DNA of 63,895 bases, counting the filler, from Pirum gemmata (lineage: Eukaryota), in assembly GCA_002812295.1 (NCBI GenBank). It is 20 parts of 20 records of this genome, joined end to end, with 100 filler letters (N's around TTAATTAATTAA, not from the genome) between each part and the next. Parts side by side here need not be neighbours in the genome. Positions count along the whole stretch, not along the records: positions 12,196 to 15,153 come from PDIN01004009.1; positions 15,254 to 18,218 come from PDIN01004010.1; positions 18,319 to 21,251 come from PDIN01004011.1; positions 21,352 to 24,315 come from PDIN01004012.1; positions 24,416 to 27,142 come from PDIN01004013.1; 15 more parts are not named here. One strand, written 5' to 3'. Both the position numbers and the translations under genes were made by a program. The notes below the pieces were generated by a model. It was not told where the DNA came from and searched no databases. It was given only the letters and a program-made list of their open reading frames with translations. Of the stretch, positions 13,021-25,381 are shown one piece after another (positions within the stretch are counted from its first letter, which is position 1; every line of letters starts with the position of its first letter).

Positions 13021-15399
13021 ATCATCACTTTCAGTATTATAACAGTTGCAACTTTTATTAAAACGTCAGTTTTTATATTGATAAAATAATTGTTTAATCA
13101 CCTTGAATTATAACTAATCATCACAACAGTTACTGTAATATATATTTCATTTCCTTGTGATAATAATAGATTATTATATTATAATTTCTTTTAATTAATT
13201 AAAAGTTCAAAATAATTATTAATAATGATGGTGTACTACATACAGTATATTATTACACACTGTGCTTTTCATTTATTTTTTCACTCTTAAATATTTATTT
13301 GGTTGGTTATAGTATTTAAATTGACATTTTTAAATGAATAAATAAATAATAAAATATACCAAATAAAATAAAATGGATTTATTTTGTATTTAATTTGGTA
13401 TCCTTTATTATATATTTTATAATGACAAAACTAAAAAAGGCACGAATTTTATTTATCAGAAAAAAACTTGAAAAACTAAATTTCCATTTAAAGTAAGAAT
13501 GTTAGCATTTATAGTAACTTCTAGTTACTTTTTTACTATTACACGTAGCATTTTTACTTTAAATGGGAATTTAGTTTTTCGAGTTTTTGTTCCTTTTGCT
13601 TTTTTCATTAATTTTATTTTATCACTCTGAATATTTATTTGGTTGGTTATAATATTTAATTTGGATGTTTTTAAAATGAATAAAGAGATAATAAAACATA
13701 CCAAATTAAATGCAATGGATTTATATAGTATTAATTTGGCACTATTTATTGTTTATTTTATGATGACAAAACAACTAAAAAGCACTAGACTACTAGCTAG
13801 ACTATAATTATGATATGATAAAACTTCAACAATAGCGTTAGGGGTTTGTTCACATTAGTTAAATTTTACAAACAAACTGATGATTAAAAAAAATATCTAA
13901 AAAAAATTATGAAAGTTCAAGTTAGGGTCAGGGTTAGGGTTAGGGTTAGGGTTAGGGTTAGGGTTAGGGTTAGGGTTAGGGTTAGAGTTAGGGTTAAGGT
14001 TAAGGTTAGGGTTAGGGTTAGGGTTAGGGTTCAGGGTTAGGGTTAGGGTTAGTTAGGGTTAGGGTTAGGGTTAGGGTTAGGGTTAGGATTAGGGTTAGGG
14101 TTCAGGGTTAGGGTTAGGGTGAGGATTAGGGTTCAGAGTTTGGGTTAGGGTTAGGGTGCACGTGAGTATTCTGTTTTTCAATAGTGTTATCCGGTTCAAA
14201 AACTGAAATTGGGTATTTTATACTTAATGTTTTATTTAATAAAAAAGTACAATTTTACCCTTAACTACTACCAAATTAAAGATTGAGAGGATAATATAAA
14301 AAACTTGTTCAAAACTGATGATGATAAAAAAAAAATTCTAAAAAAATTTGAACTAATGAAAATTCATGGTGGTAGTTGGGGGCTCTTGTTGTCCATTTTA
14401 AAAAAAACTGAAATAAATTTACCAAATAATCATTATGGATAAACTATCGGGCATGTTTTATTTAATTTGGTAGTTTTTACTTAGTGTTGTGTTTTATAAA
14501 AAAGTTCAATGTTACACTTAAATAGTACCAAATTAAAGATTGAGACAGCTGTAAAAAAAGGAATGATAAAAAAAAGATCTTAAAAAAAAAATATATATAT
14601 TCAATGTAAAAAAAATTGAGAAAACACAATCGAATCAAACAAACTCGATCCTAATAATTTAAACAGTGACAATTTGAAATGTGTTTTTTTTTTTTTTCGA
14701 GTTTCAAGTTTTTTCTATTAAATTTCTAAGAATTTTTTATCGAATTTTTAAAGAAATCAAAAGCGAGTCAATACTTAAAATTAGATCGAAAAGTTTCGAA
14801 AATTTCGGAATAGTCTCGATTCTTATTTATGGGTGCAAAAAAAAATTCTGATATAAAAAAAATTCTGATGTAAAAAAAATTCTGATGTAAAAAAAATTCT
14901 GATGTAAAAAAAAATTCTGATGTAAAAAAAAATAATCGAATCGAATAGTTCGATCCTAATTAACAATTTTGAAATGATATTTTTTTTTTTTCGAGTTCCA
15001 AGTTTTTCTATGAAATTTCTAAGTGATTCAACACTTAAAAATTGGATCGAAAAATTTCGAAAATTCAAATTTGTCTCGATCTCGATTCGATAGTTTTTCC
15101 CGCATCTCTCCGAGTTCTACTGATGAAAACTGAAAAAAAAACAAAATAATAATNNNNNNNNNNNNNNNNNNNNNNNNNNNNNNNNNNNNNNNNNNNNTTA
15201 ATTAATTAANNNNNNNNNNNNNNNNNNNNNNNNNNNNNNNNNNNNNNNNNNNNTAATAATAAATAATTTATAATTTTCGATCAGCTTTTTCTTTCTCTTT
15301 TTTATTTTTGGTGACAAAAATCATCCAAGTGAATTGGAAGATTCTAAAAGTAATATAAGATATTAATAAAAAAGTTTACACTAATTGTAAATATATACA

Positions 15400-16359
15400 T
15401 TATGCTGGATTTTTCAAAAATTTGTAATATTTTCTAAATCGAGAGGTAACAATGTTCATTAAAAATACAATACTTCCTTCAAAAATGGTCATAGCACCAA
15501 CGGTGGATGTACCATAACCTACAGCTTGGTGATCCAACTCAGCTTTGTAATCAATAACTACAAAAGCAGTTTGCACCAAAGTTTTGGCAAATACTAATAA
15601 ATTCAAAAAGAAAATAGTGTCTTTCAGAATGTAAAGTTCTGTTCGTTGTTTTAAAACCGCTGTGGCACATTGAAAACGATAAAGTAAAAGCGAAAACATG
15701 ACATTACATAAAACACCTTCAATTGCGGAGTAAGTTTCAGCAATGGAAAGTACGTTATAAGGGTAAAGTTCAAAATAATCAACAAAAAATAGAAAGATAT
15801 AAATAAATATAGACAAAATACTATACCAAAAGTAAGATTGTAATTCCTTTTTGGAAGATATGAAATTAGTTATTCCTTCAATAAAGTTATACATTCTAAC
15901 AACGTATAAAATCATTAGACTAGAAAACGACCAAGACCAAAAGATACGCCCAAGTCGATGTACAGGACTAAATAAATTAGGATCCTGTAAATTGAAATTC
16001 ACCGTATCCGAAATTAGTATACAGCAGTCCACAGTAGCGGCTATTATAAATATACCCGTGAAGACAGTGTAAGATGTATTTGTAATAAATGAATCTCTAC
16101 TCTCTCTTCCTTTTTTAAATCTTTTGTATGAATCTATGCACATTTGTATTAACCATGGCATTGTTATGGTTGTTGCTAACAATATCATAAGGGTTAAAGC
16201 AGCCCATGTAAATGTCGTTCCTAGAAGAGGTGATTTATAAAATGGTGGCTCAACAGGTCCAACTGGAACAGTGACGTTTAAATTTGGTTGTGTTACATTG
16301 GTGATGTTAAAATTGATAACAGTTTGGTTAATTACATTATTTAAATTTTGATCTGCCAT
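15400..16359 (-). CDS. Intronless 319-aa seven-transmembrane protein (GPCR-like orphan)
   Basis: Complete ATG-to-stop ORF. The N-terminus carries N-x-T sequons (NQT, NIT, NVT, NVT), followed by seven hydrophobic segments and a basic C-terminal tail (SRFRKYYKFLK). Confidence 0.8.
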   Translation of the reverse strand: MADQNLNNVINQTVINFNITNVTQPNLNVTVPVGPVEPPFYKSPLLGTTFTWAALTLMILLATTITMPWLIQMCIDSYKRFKKGRESRDSFITNTSYTVFTGIFIIAATVDCCILISDTVNFNLQDPNLFSPVHRLGRIFWSWSFSSLMILYVVRMYNFIEGITNFISSKKELQSYFWYSILSIFIYIFLFFVDYFELYPYNVLSIAETYSAIEGVLCNVMFSLLLYRFQCATAVLKQRTELYILKDTIFFLNLLVFAKTLVQTAFVVIDYKAELDHQAVGYGTSTVGAMTIFEGSIVFLMNIVTSRFRKYYKFLKNPA

Positions 16360-19227
16360 ATTTAATAATAAAAAAAAGACCTTGGGAAAAATAATTGAAT
16401 TAATTAATATATTCTTACTATTTTTATTTAAGCTAAAATCAAATTCAATTAGTAAAATAAAAAAAGAATAGTAATTTAATTTTATATGAATGATATAATG
16501 AAAATAATTAGAAATGTTAACGTTCTTATATATATATTTTTATATATTATAAATTATTAAAAAAAAAAGTGGGTGAGGTTTGTGCTTTTTTATTATTCGT
16601 TTAATTTTTAAAAAATTTATTAATATTATAATAATTATTATTATTGCTTTTTTATTTTGCATTTTACCAGGTAGAGCCAGTAGACCATAATAATAATAAA
16701 AATAATAATAATAAAAATAATAAAAATAAAACAAATTTTAATTAAAAAAAGGTTTTTTTGAAAAAAACTAATACTATTTGTTAACAGCTTCTTTTACATA
16801 TAATTATTATATGCTCGTTTGTTTAAGCATATGTTATATGTTTTCTCTCTCTTCCCATATAATATATATGTATATATATATAGACGTTAATTTGCTTTTT
16901 TACATTCTTATAAATTATATAGCCACAGTTGTATTAATATAATATGTTATAAAAAAAAAAACTAGTATTAATACTGTTAACCTGTTAACGCCAAGTTTGA
17001 CAAAAGTATGTACTGGTTCTATGAGTTTACAGCTCCCAGGCCTTTTACATATTATATTATCCTCGCGATAGATTGTTTGTTTTCATTCTCTCCTCATTTA
17101 TATAAACATATTAATATAATATTTATTTTGTTAATTAAAATCATTTATTATTCGACTTTTGAACTTTATCTTCAATACAATTTTTAATTTTGTTATGAAA
17201 AATATTATTGAAAATATAATACTCATCCTTCATATTTTCTAAAACATAGCTACTCATTATAACCTATATATATATTAATATATATATATGTGGAACCAAA
17301 TGTGGGATTATAGCTACAGTTATATTCTAACCCAATACCCAACCCAAACCCAAACCCAAACCCTAGCCCTAACCTTAACCCCTAACACTGACTCTATTTA
17401 TAATTTTAATCCCAATTATCACCCTAACCATATATAACTATAACCATAACTCTACTGCTAACCTGGAACTTTTGTATAGTTCTTAATCAAGTCGTAGCCT
17501 ATAGCTAGCTCACGCCACACGTGCACTCACAAGGTTAGTTAGGTGTAGGTTTAGATTTAGGTTTATATTTTAAAATATTATGTATATAGATTATAATTAG
17601 TTTTAGGTTTAAATTTAGGTTTAGGTTTAGGTTTAGATTTAGATTTAGGTTTAGGTTTAGGTTTAGGTTTAGGTCTGGGGTTGGGGTTGGGATTGAGGGT
17701 TGAGGACTGGGTTAGTGTACTGTTTGACAAACATTTTTTTTTAATTGAGAGTCGATGGGTTAGGGGGCTGTTTGACGAGCAATTTTTTTTAAAAAAATTA
17801 GGATTTGAGGATCTCATTTCCCTTCAGTTTCTCGATCAAGTTACTCTGTGAAAATATGGTACTATATATAAAAAAACTAGTACAAAAAGTACAAAAGTAA
17901 CGATCATAACAATTTTTTTTTTTTTTTTTTTTTTTTGTAAACGGAGGGAGGGGAGGGGTCGGAGGTACCAGGTATAGTATTTAAATATACCATATATGGT
18001 ACTACCTTCAATGCGGAAATATGATTCAAATAAACTAGCCAAATTATTTTTAAAAACTGGAAATTAGTTCATAATTATTAAGTTTTATTAGTTAAACGAT
18101 TTCTCAAGTTTTGGTAGTATTTCTATTAAAATTGGATCATTTTGAGATTTTTTGGATTTTTGAGCTCACACGACAAATGTCGTTTTTATCCGGCTTGGTA
18201 AATCTTTTTTTTTTTTTTNNNNNNNNNNNNNNNNNNNNNNNNNNNNNNNNNNNNNNNNNNNNTTAATTAATTAANNNNNNNNNNNNNNNNNNNNNNNNNN
18301 NNNNNNNNNNNNNNNNNNTTTTTTTTTTTTTTTTTTTTTTTGTTTTTTTTAGCTAGCTCTAGCTAGAGAGAAAAGTATCAATAAAGAGACCTGATAGTGA
18401 CCTGATACAACTTCATACAAGTTATAGTAGTAATTTTATGATAATATATTATGATACGTCAGCTAGTCTATTATCTATTATAATTATATTTCTTTGCTCA
18501 TTTATAATAAAAAACACCAACTATTAAAATCGAAAGATCCACCATGATAAATAGAGTATAAAATTACTGTATAAATAGTGATGATAAATATCCTCAGGGT
18601 AAATATCGATTTATCGAGATTCGAGATACAAATGAAATTATGATTTATTTATAAGTAACTTTCTACAACAAAAGAACAATACATAGACCATGGTCTTATT
18701 ATGAAAAATACAATGAATCACAACCAACTGACAATCAAATCATTAACGTATGGTCAAAGACTACCCAATCCCTTTTGACATGCTTTGATTTATATTATAG
18801 ACCCTTCATTTATTTATTATTTATAGGTGGGTCTATCTAATAAACAAATAAAATTTTGTGATTTTTTTTTAAAATTTTGAATCAAAGGATTTTTTTCGTC
18901 CACTTTATTATTATCGATAGTACTATAGTCTATAGTACTTTATTATTTTAGTTTAGCTAGATCTCATTATAATTTATTTGTATTGATGATAGTATTATTT
19001 ATAGGACATAATAGGAGACATGACTGAGACTAGTAGAGACATGTTTCTCGTCTACACATGATGTCATATGGAATTTTTTTTTTTTTTGACATCGTATCAT
19101 TCACAATAGTCTAGCTAGATCCGGTCTATACGATATAACAGTTATCAGTACTAACTTCTACTAAGAGGTATCATATCATATTAAAAATAGGATCATAGTA
19201 GAGTAGTATTGATAGTAGAATAGTAGG

Positions 19228-19869
19228 TATGTGAGTTTGGCCTGGTTAGCAGTTGAGTTTGCAATCAGAAAGCCCAGGTTCGATTCCTACGTCTACTACT
19301 ACTAGGAGAACATTCATAAAGGACGTCACTTATTCTTTGATAGAACCTCGAAAGTGTGACTTAAACTGTTTTAGGCAGTAATTAATTATCAAATGAACTT
19401 AAATTAAAATTATGACCAAAAGTGTTTTGGACAAAGAGTCAAAGTAAGATAAGGTGACATCCTTTATTATGGATGATTCCTAGCTAGAGAGGTTCGATTC
19501 CCTAGACCACCCACCATATTGGGTAATAAAAACACCTGATCTGTACAAGTAAGTCAAGTATGATGTAAGTCTCGCTAAAGACTACAATCGAGCAAGCCCC
19601 GCTAAACACTTTCGAGTAAGACTTTCGAGTACAAGTATCGCTAAGTGCTTCATACAGGTGCTTCATATGTAAATAAACCCCCTTAGACTCTACAGCGGGT
19701 CTACAGCTCACTCTTAGTTATTCATAGTTAGTTCAAAGGAGGGAAGATAGGTGATACCGTCACTAGGTTGGATTGAGTGAACCCTTCGATCCGAACATTC
19801 AACTCGATACTATTTAAAAAGAGAAACTGAAAGACACATTGAACACTCAATATTGAACTGAAAAAAAAA
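19228..19869 (+). mobile_element. Putative tRNA-derived SINE (tRNA-like head interrupted by a MITE; body ends in an A-tract)
   Basis: A-box-like TTGGCCTGGTTAG (~19237), B-box GGTTCGATTCC at ~19277 and again at ~19490, about 370 bp of comparatively GC-richer body and an A9 tail at 19861-19869. No intact cloverleaf could be folded. Confidence 0.45.
19315..19471. mobile_element. MITE family G (TIR CATAAAGGAYGTCAC)
   Basis: Imperfect terminal inverted repeats; related copies at ~54268-54400 and ~55575-55720. Confidence 0.7.
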
Positions 19870-20455
19870 GTGGGTTAGGGTTAGGGTTAGGGTTAGGGTT
19901 AGGGTTAGGGTTATGGTCAAGCTATGATAGCTAGCTACTAGCTAGCTAGCTAGAGTAGGCACCACAGGGTAGGTAGCACTAGCTAGCTAGTAGCTAGAGG
20001 TAGGTAGCAGAAGCTGTAGACTTTTTCCTGGGGTCTTTGATTAGGGTCTTTGATAGAGTCCACCTCAACGTTAATTTCCGGTCAAATACCACCTACCTAC
20101 CTACCCCTTGACGTGACGTATTATTTGAACGCTCCCTTAGCTTTACACACTAGCTAGCTAGCAGTCTATGATACTTTTGATATAATTATGATTATATCAT
20201 AGCTATTACTATTATTTATATGATATAATATAATATTATTACTATTATTATTGTTGCTGTTTCAACTTGTTTGTTTAATTTAGTCAGGCCTAGCTAATAC
20301 AGTCTAATACTATAGACTAGTTGAGGGATCACTTCAGCCTAGACTACTGCCTACTACAAGCATCAGGCCTGGAGCGTCAGACCTATCCTAGAGAGCTAGT
20401 CTAGACTAGAGCCTGTCTGTGATCCAAGCTAGCTAGTCTAGCTATCTTCTATTTC

Positions 20456-20638
20456 ATTACAGTTGTCCTCTCAATATTCAATTTGGTACTGCTTAAAAGT
20501 GTATAATTGAACTTGTTTATAAAATACAACATAAAATACCAAATTAATTAAAACATGCCTGATAGTTTAAACATAACAATAATTCGGTACGTTTATTTCA
20601 GTTTTTGAATTGGACAACACTATTGAAAAACAGGATAG
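20456..20638. mobile_element. Dispersed repeat family F (~180 bp)
   Basis: CATTACAGTTGTCC...ACACTATTGAAAAACAGGATA recurs at ~14165-14550 (reverse, twice), 36880-37016 (reverse), 50938-51115 and 52375-52500. Confidence 0.8.
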
Positions 20639-21742
20639 CTAGCGAAGGTTTATTTATTGGATAGTACTATGATAATTTATCTGATATAAAAGTAGCCCCA
20701 AGAACCCCAGGAAAAAATAAAGGGTTCTTGGTTGGATTTTCTTATTAATTTATAAATCACCAGATAACATCAGCTTCATTATTATAAATGTTATATCATA
20801 TTATCATAACATGATTCGAAACTGACTTTCCCTACTCTTTCCCTCCATGTTGGATTTTCTCGTTCACCTCCTCTCTATAAAATGAGGGGCCCTCTTGATA
20901 TATATCCAACATAATATCATTATCGATACCTGGGTCTCTTACCTGGAGTATTATTACAGAGTATTATTATGATAAACCATGATCTAGCTAGCCAGCTAGG
21001 TCTAGCTAATTTTTATATAGTATAAAACTGTACAATGTCATTCATTTTGATCTCCAAGTTTACCTAATTTTACACAAATTAGTAATTACCCAAAGTAGGG
21101 AGTCTAAAAAGTGTAGATATATCATATAATAAAGATAAAATAAAATTTGATTTTTTTTTTTGTTTAATTAATATCATAGACTACCGGTATCATACAAAAA
21201 AGAGGTGTCGTTTATTCTAATAAATAAACAAATAAATAAATAAATAAATAANNNNNNNNNNNNNNNNNNNNNNNNNNNNNNNNNNNNNNNNNNNNTTAAT
21301 TAATTAANNNNNNNNNNNNNNNNNNNNNNNNNNNNNNNNNNNNNNNNNNNNTATTTTATATTATTTAATAATTGTTTTCAATATGTAATCTAATTATATT
21401 TTATTAACTATTTAATAGGTGCTGTAGGATGTAGTGCTAAAGAATTTATTCATCAATTATATATAGCTGAAGAATATAGTTTTGAAGAGCTAATCGATAT
21501 TTTATTTGTTGATTCTCGTGAATTTGAATCTCTTTCCCAACAAAAAGAATATATTCGGTCCATCAAGTATCAACAAATAAAATATCCATTAGCTCTTCAA
21601 AACTATATTCTTCAGTTATATATAATTGATGCTACAGCACCTATTAAATAGTTAATAAAATATAATTAGATTACATATTGAAAACAATTATTAAATAATA
21701 TAAAATAAATAAAATTTGATTATTACCTTTATATTTTATAAC

Positions 21743-22354
21743 TTAATCAACCCCTTTAAATACGTCAGTGACGTATTCCATCGCGCTAACTGATAATAAG
21801 TCAATACATTTGTTATCATATTCTAATCCATATTCGTTTAGAATTTCGCTGGCAACGGAACTAATCCAAGAAAAATCACTTCTAAAAGCTCTATTAGCTG
21901 GGTTAATTATCTGATCTAATTCAGTAGCCGAAATCTTTGTTCCGAAAGTTGTACTTGCCAAATTTTCAAATTCTTTATAATCTGTCATATCATTATCCTT
22001 ACTATTTATTTTATTTTTCTTAATAACATATGAAGGTCGTGTTTTAGGTTGTGTTTTAGGTGGTGTTCTAGTTTGTTGTTTAGGTGGTGTTCTAGTTTGT
22101 TGTTTAGGTTGTGTTCTAGGTTGTTGTTTAGTTTGTTGTTTAGTTTGTGTTCTAGTTTGTTGTTTAGTTTGTGTTCTAGTTTGTTGTTTAGTTTGTTGTT
22201 TAGTTTGTTGTTTAGTTTGTTGTTTAGTTTGTGTTCTAGTTTGTTGTTTAGTTTGTGTTCTAGTTTGTTGTTTAGTTTGTGTTCTAGTTTGTTGTTTAGT
22301 TTGTTGTTTAGTTTGTTGTTTAGTTTGTTTACTTTTTCTTTGGTTTTTTCTGGC
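21743..22354 (-). CDS. Probable terminal exon: TKQQ/TRTQ tetrapeptide repeat followed by a histone-fold-like segment
   Basis: The frame stays open through the 12-bp repeat array into ORF 21743-21988. ASEILNEYGLEYDNKCIDLLSVSAMEYVTDVFK resembles the alpha1-L1-alpha2 pattern of TAF-type histone folds (TAF9/TAF8/ADA1-like), by eye only. Confidence 0.5.
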   Translation of the reverse strand, partial: ARKNQRKSKQTKQQTKQQTKQQTRTQTKQQTRTQTKQQTRTQTKQQTKQQTKQQTKQQTRTQTKQQTRTQTKQQTKQQPRTQPKQQTRTPPKQQTRTPPKTQPKTRPSYVIKKNKINSKDNDMTDYKEFENLASTTFGTKISATELDQIINPANRAFRSDFSWISSVASEILNEYGLEYDNKCIDLLSVSAMEYVTDVFKGVD

Positions 22355-22988
22355 TTAGCTGGCTTAGACTAGTAGAGTCTACTAAGTACGAGTATAGCTA
22401 TCCGATAGTTATCCGATTGTCTACTAGCTAGCTACTAGTAGTATCTCTAGTAGCTCTTTTGGGCAACCCAAGCCTCAAGGGTTGTTGTTAGTATCTAAAT
22501 AATAATAATCTGGTAATTTTTAGTTAACTTTTAGAAGCAGCGATTCAATGAGACCCTCAGCAATGAGACCAGACAGACTACCAGTAGTCTAGACCCCCCA
22601 CCCCCACCCCCTCCCCGGTCTACAGTTACCGTCAACTCTAGCTAGAAGCTAGCTAGCCATGATGAGACCTACGTGGTATAATAGGCAAGGTCTTATGGTC
22701 TACTACTTAGTGGTCTACTATGATACTATCATAGCTAGTAATCCTGGGTCTAGCTAGTAGCTACTAGATAAACTAGTCTCTATTCGTCAGCGCGTCATAA
22801 ATTAATGACAGCGTCATAAATTAATGACGTTTTTCTCTCAAATCCAACGTGGTCGTATTAACACTTTTAATTATGATATCACGATACGCAATTGAGACAA
22901 AAAGTATATCAAATGAAAGGAAATTACGTCAATATTAACTTAAAAGCGTTGAGCTGATCATGTCATCCATTCTCATTTCCCAAAAGTA

Positions 22989-23050
<62 letters not shown>

Positions 23051-23310
23051 TTACAACGTTAAAACCATTAAACACTATCGAGACTAGTTCGAAATTTTCA
23101 AAATTTTCGAATCCAATTTCGAAGTTTTGAATTTTAAATTTTTAGAAAATTTCACGAGGACATTAAATTTTCTAAAAAAAAAATTATAGAAAAATTCGAA
23201 AAAAGAAAAAAGAATAAAATTTCCAAAAAATTGTCACCATTTATTAATAGTGATCGAGTAGTTTTATTCGATTATGCTTTTCCTGCTGGTCCTAAGTTAC
23301 TCTTTCTGGT

Positions 23311-24215
23311 TCAGTAAGCGGTAGAACGTAAAATTTTGGCTCTTCTTTTTTCCGCTTCAGTACCCAGTAGACCATCAATGAAAAGGGCTTGGTAACTAAA
23401 AGAACGAAAACGAGTTCTACTGTATTTTAAAGTAGCTTGCCATTTTGTATTGTTTAACAAGTTTGTTTGTAATTTGTTAACGTCCATATTCGGATCAAAA
23501 CACAAGATCATCTTTTTGTTAGACTTCCTTATGTGTTCTATTCCAATTACCATTTTACAATGACCAGCGTATTGTAAATAAACCGGGTGTACAATATGGT
23601 TTGTCGCAGCAGCAGTAGCCATTTTAAAATTGTTATACAAAAAATTCTCTAACTTTGTTACAACCTCCAAGTTTTCTTGCTTAGAAGATTTATATTGATT
23701 ATCAACGTCATCATTATTAAACGTCAATAATGTGCATTGTTTTAATTTTTTTGGACAGTTGGAATTCTTATTTTTTCCCCCACTCTTTGATTCAAAATCA
23801 ACAAGCTGCGCATTTACACCAAAAAACCGCAACAGTGCAGCACAATCTGTTGCTCCTACATAATTATATTTAGGATTAACGTTTGGCTTAGGCTTAGGGT
23901 TTGGCTTAGGGTTAGAGGTTAGGGGTTGATTAGGGTAAGGGTTAGGGTTGATTAGGGTAAGGGTTAGTGTAAGGGTTAGGGTTGGCTAGGTTAAGGGTTA
24001 GGGTTAGGCTCTTAGGTTAGGCTCTTAGGTTAGGCTTAGGGTTGGCTAGGGCAAGGGTTAGGGTTAGGGTTCGTTATGGTTACGAAAAACATTAATTATG
24101 ACTTAAACTGATCAAAAATGAACATGATAAAATTACCGATCCATGCAGACCGACCAGTTTTTCCTACCAAGCTACCATTGAAGTGAGTTTTACCTTCTAC
24201 GTCGAACCCTGCTGC
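23311..24215 (-). CDS. ZUP1: ZUP1/ZUFSP (Mug105)-type peptidase C78 deubiquitinase, last two exons
   Basis: Exons 24215-24137 and 23855-23311 (phase-1 intron) give AAGFDVEG...SAWI|GATDCAALL...QLVDF...PVYLQYAGHCKMVIGIE...LCFDP, matching the ZUP1 motifs GFD.QG, WIG, PIYLQHQGHSRTVIGIE and LDP with catalytic His and Asp. Confidence 0.88.
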
Positions 24216-24958
24216 CTATAGTAGATAATAAATTTGGGTTTAGCTTTAGCTTTTTGGGGCCTAACTAACCTCACCCCCAGCCACTCACTCTTAAATAAGT
24301 TAATCGAACCCCCCCNNNNNNNNNNNNNNNNNNNNNNNNNNNNNNNNNNNNNNNNNNNNTTAATTAATTAANNNNNNNNNNNNNNNNNNNNNNNNNNNNN
24401 NNNNNNNNNNNNNNNTTATTGTTATTAATTTTATTATTGTTAACGTTATTATTGTTATTATTAATATTATTATTATTATTATATTATTATGGTATAATGT
24501 CTCTACATGGGCTGACTAATTACTAACCTTAAAACTCTAACCTTAACCTTAACCCTAACTTTAACCTTAGGGATATAAGGTTAGGGTGTATTTTGTAATA
24601 TTGGCATAATATATATACATAATATTAATAATAAGTTTAATGTTTAGGTTAGGTTAAGGTTAATTAAGGTTAAGGTTAAGATTAGGGTTAGGGTTAGGGT
24701 CAGGGTTATAAGGATAAGGTGTATTTTATAATATGTCTACGGTGTATTTTATATTATTAGTATGGATAATATTCTTCTTAGAATTAATAAGTTACTTCGA
24801 ATTTTTAATAAAGCAAAATAGTTATTTTAGATATATTATAGAAAAAGTAATGTGCAAGATACTAAAGATAATATATATAGTATAGATTAATACTTTTACA
24901 AAATGACAATAATTATTAAACTTCTTCTCCTAATCCATTAATATGTGATACAATGTTG

Positions 24959-25022
<64 letters not shown>

Positions 25023-25330
25023 NAAGTTTTTTTTTTAGTTTTTTATAATAGAAAAAATTTAATAATTAAATTTTTTATAATAAGTCAGTATCTCTTCTGA
25101 GATTATTTTTTTTCAACGAATCATAGTTTTTTAAAAATCTGAAATCAAATCAAAAAAATCAAAAAAGGCTGGATGTTACCTACAACGTGGTCATAATGTA
25201 GAGCATGGACAAGATAAATCCACACTACCACTTTTAATGAAAACTAGACCCCTCTTTTAATGCAAACTAGACCCTCACAGTTCAAATTACATCCTTATGA
25301 TTTTAAACTAGAACCACAAAAAATTACTTG

Positions 25331-25381
<51 letters not shown>

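Noticed and set aside
19228..19295. Functional tRNA gene
   Set aside because: A and B boxes are present but the acceptor and anticodon stems do not pair convincingly; treated as SINE-like.
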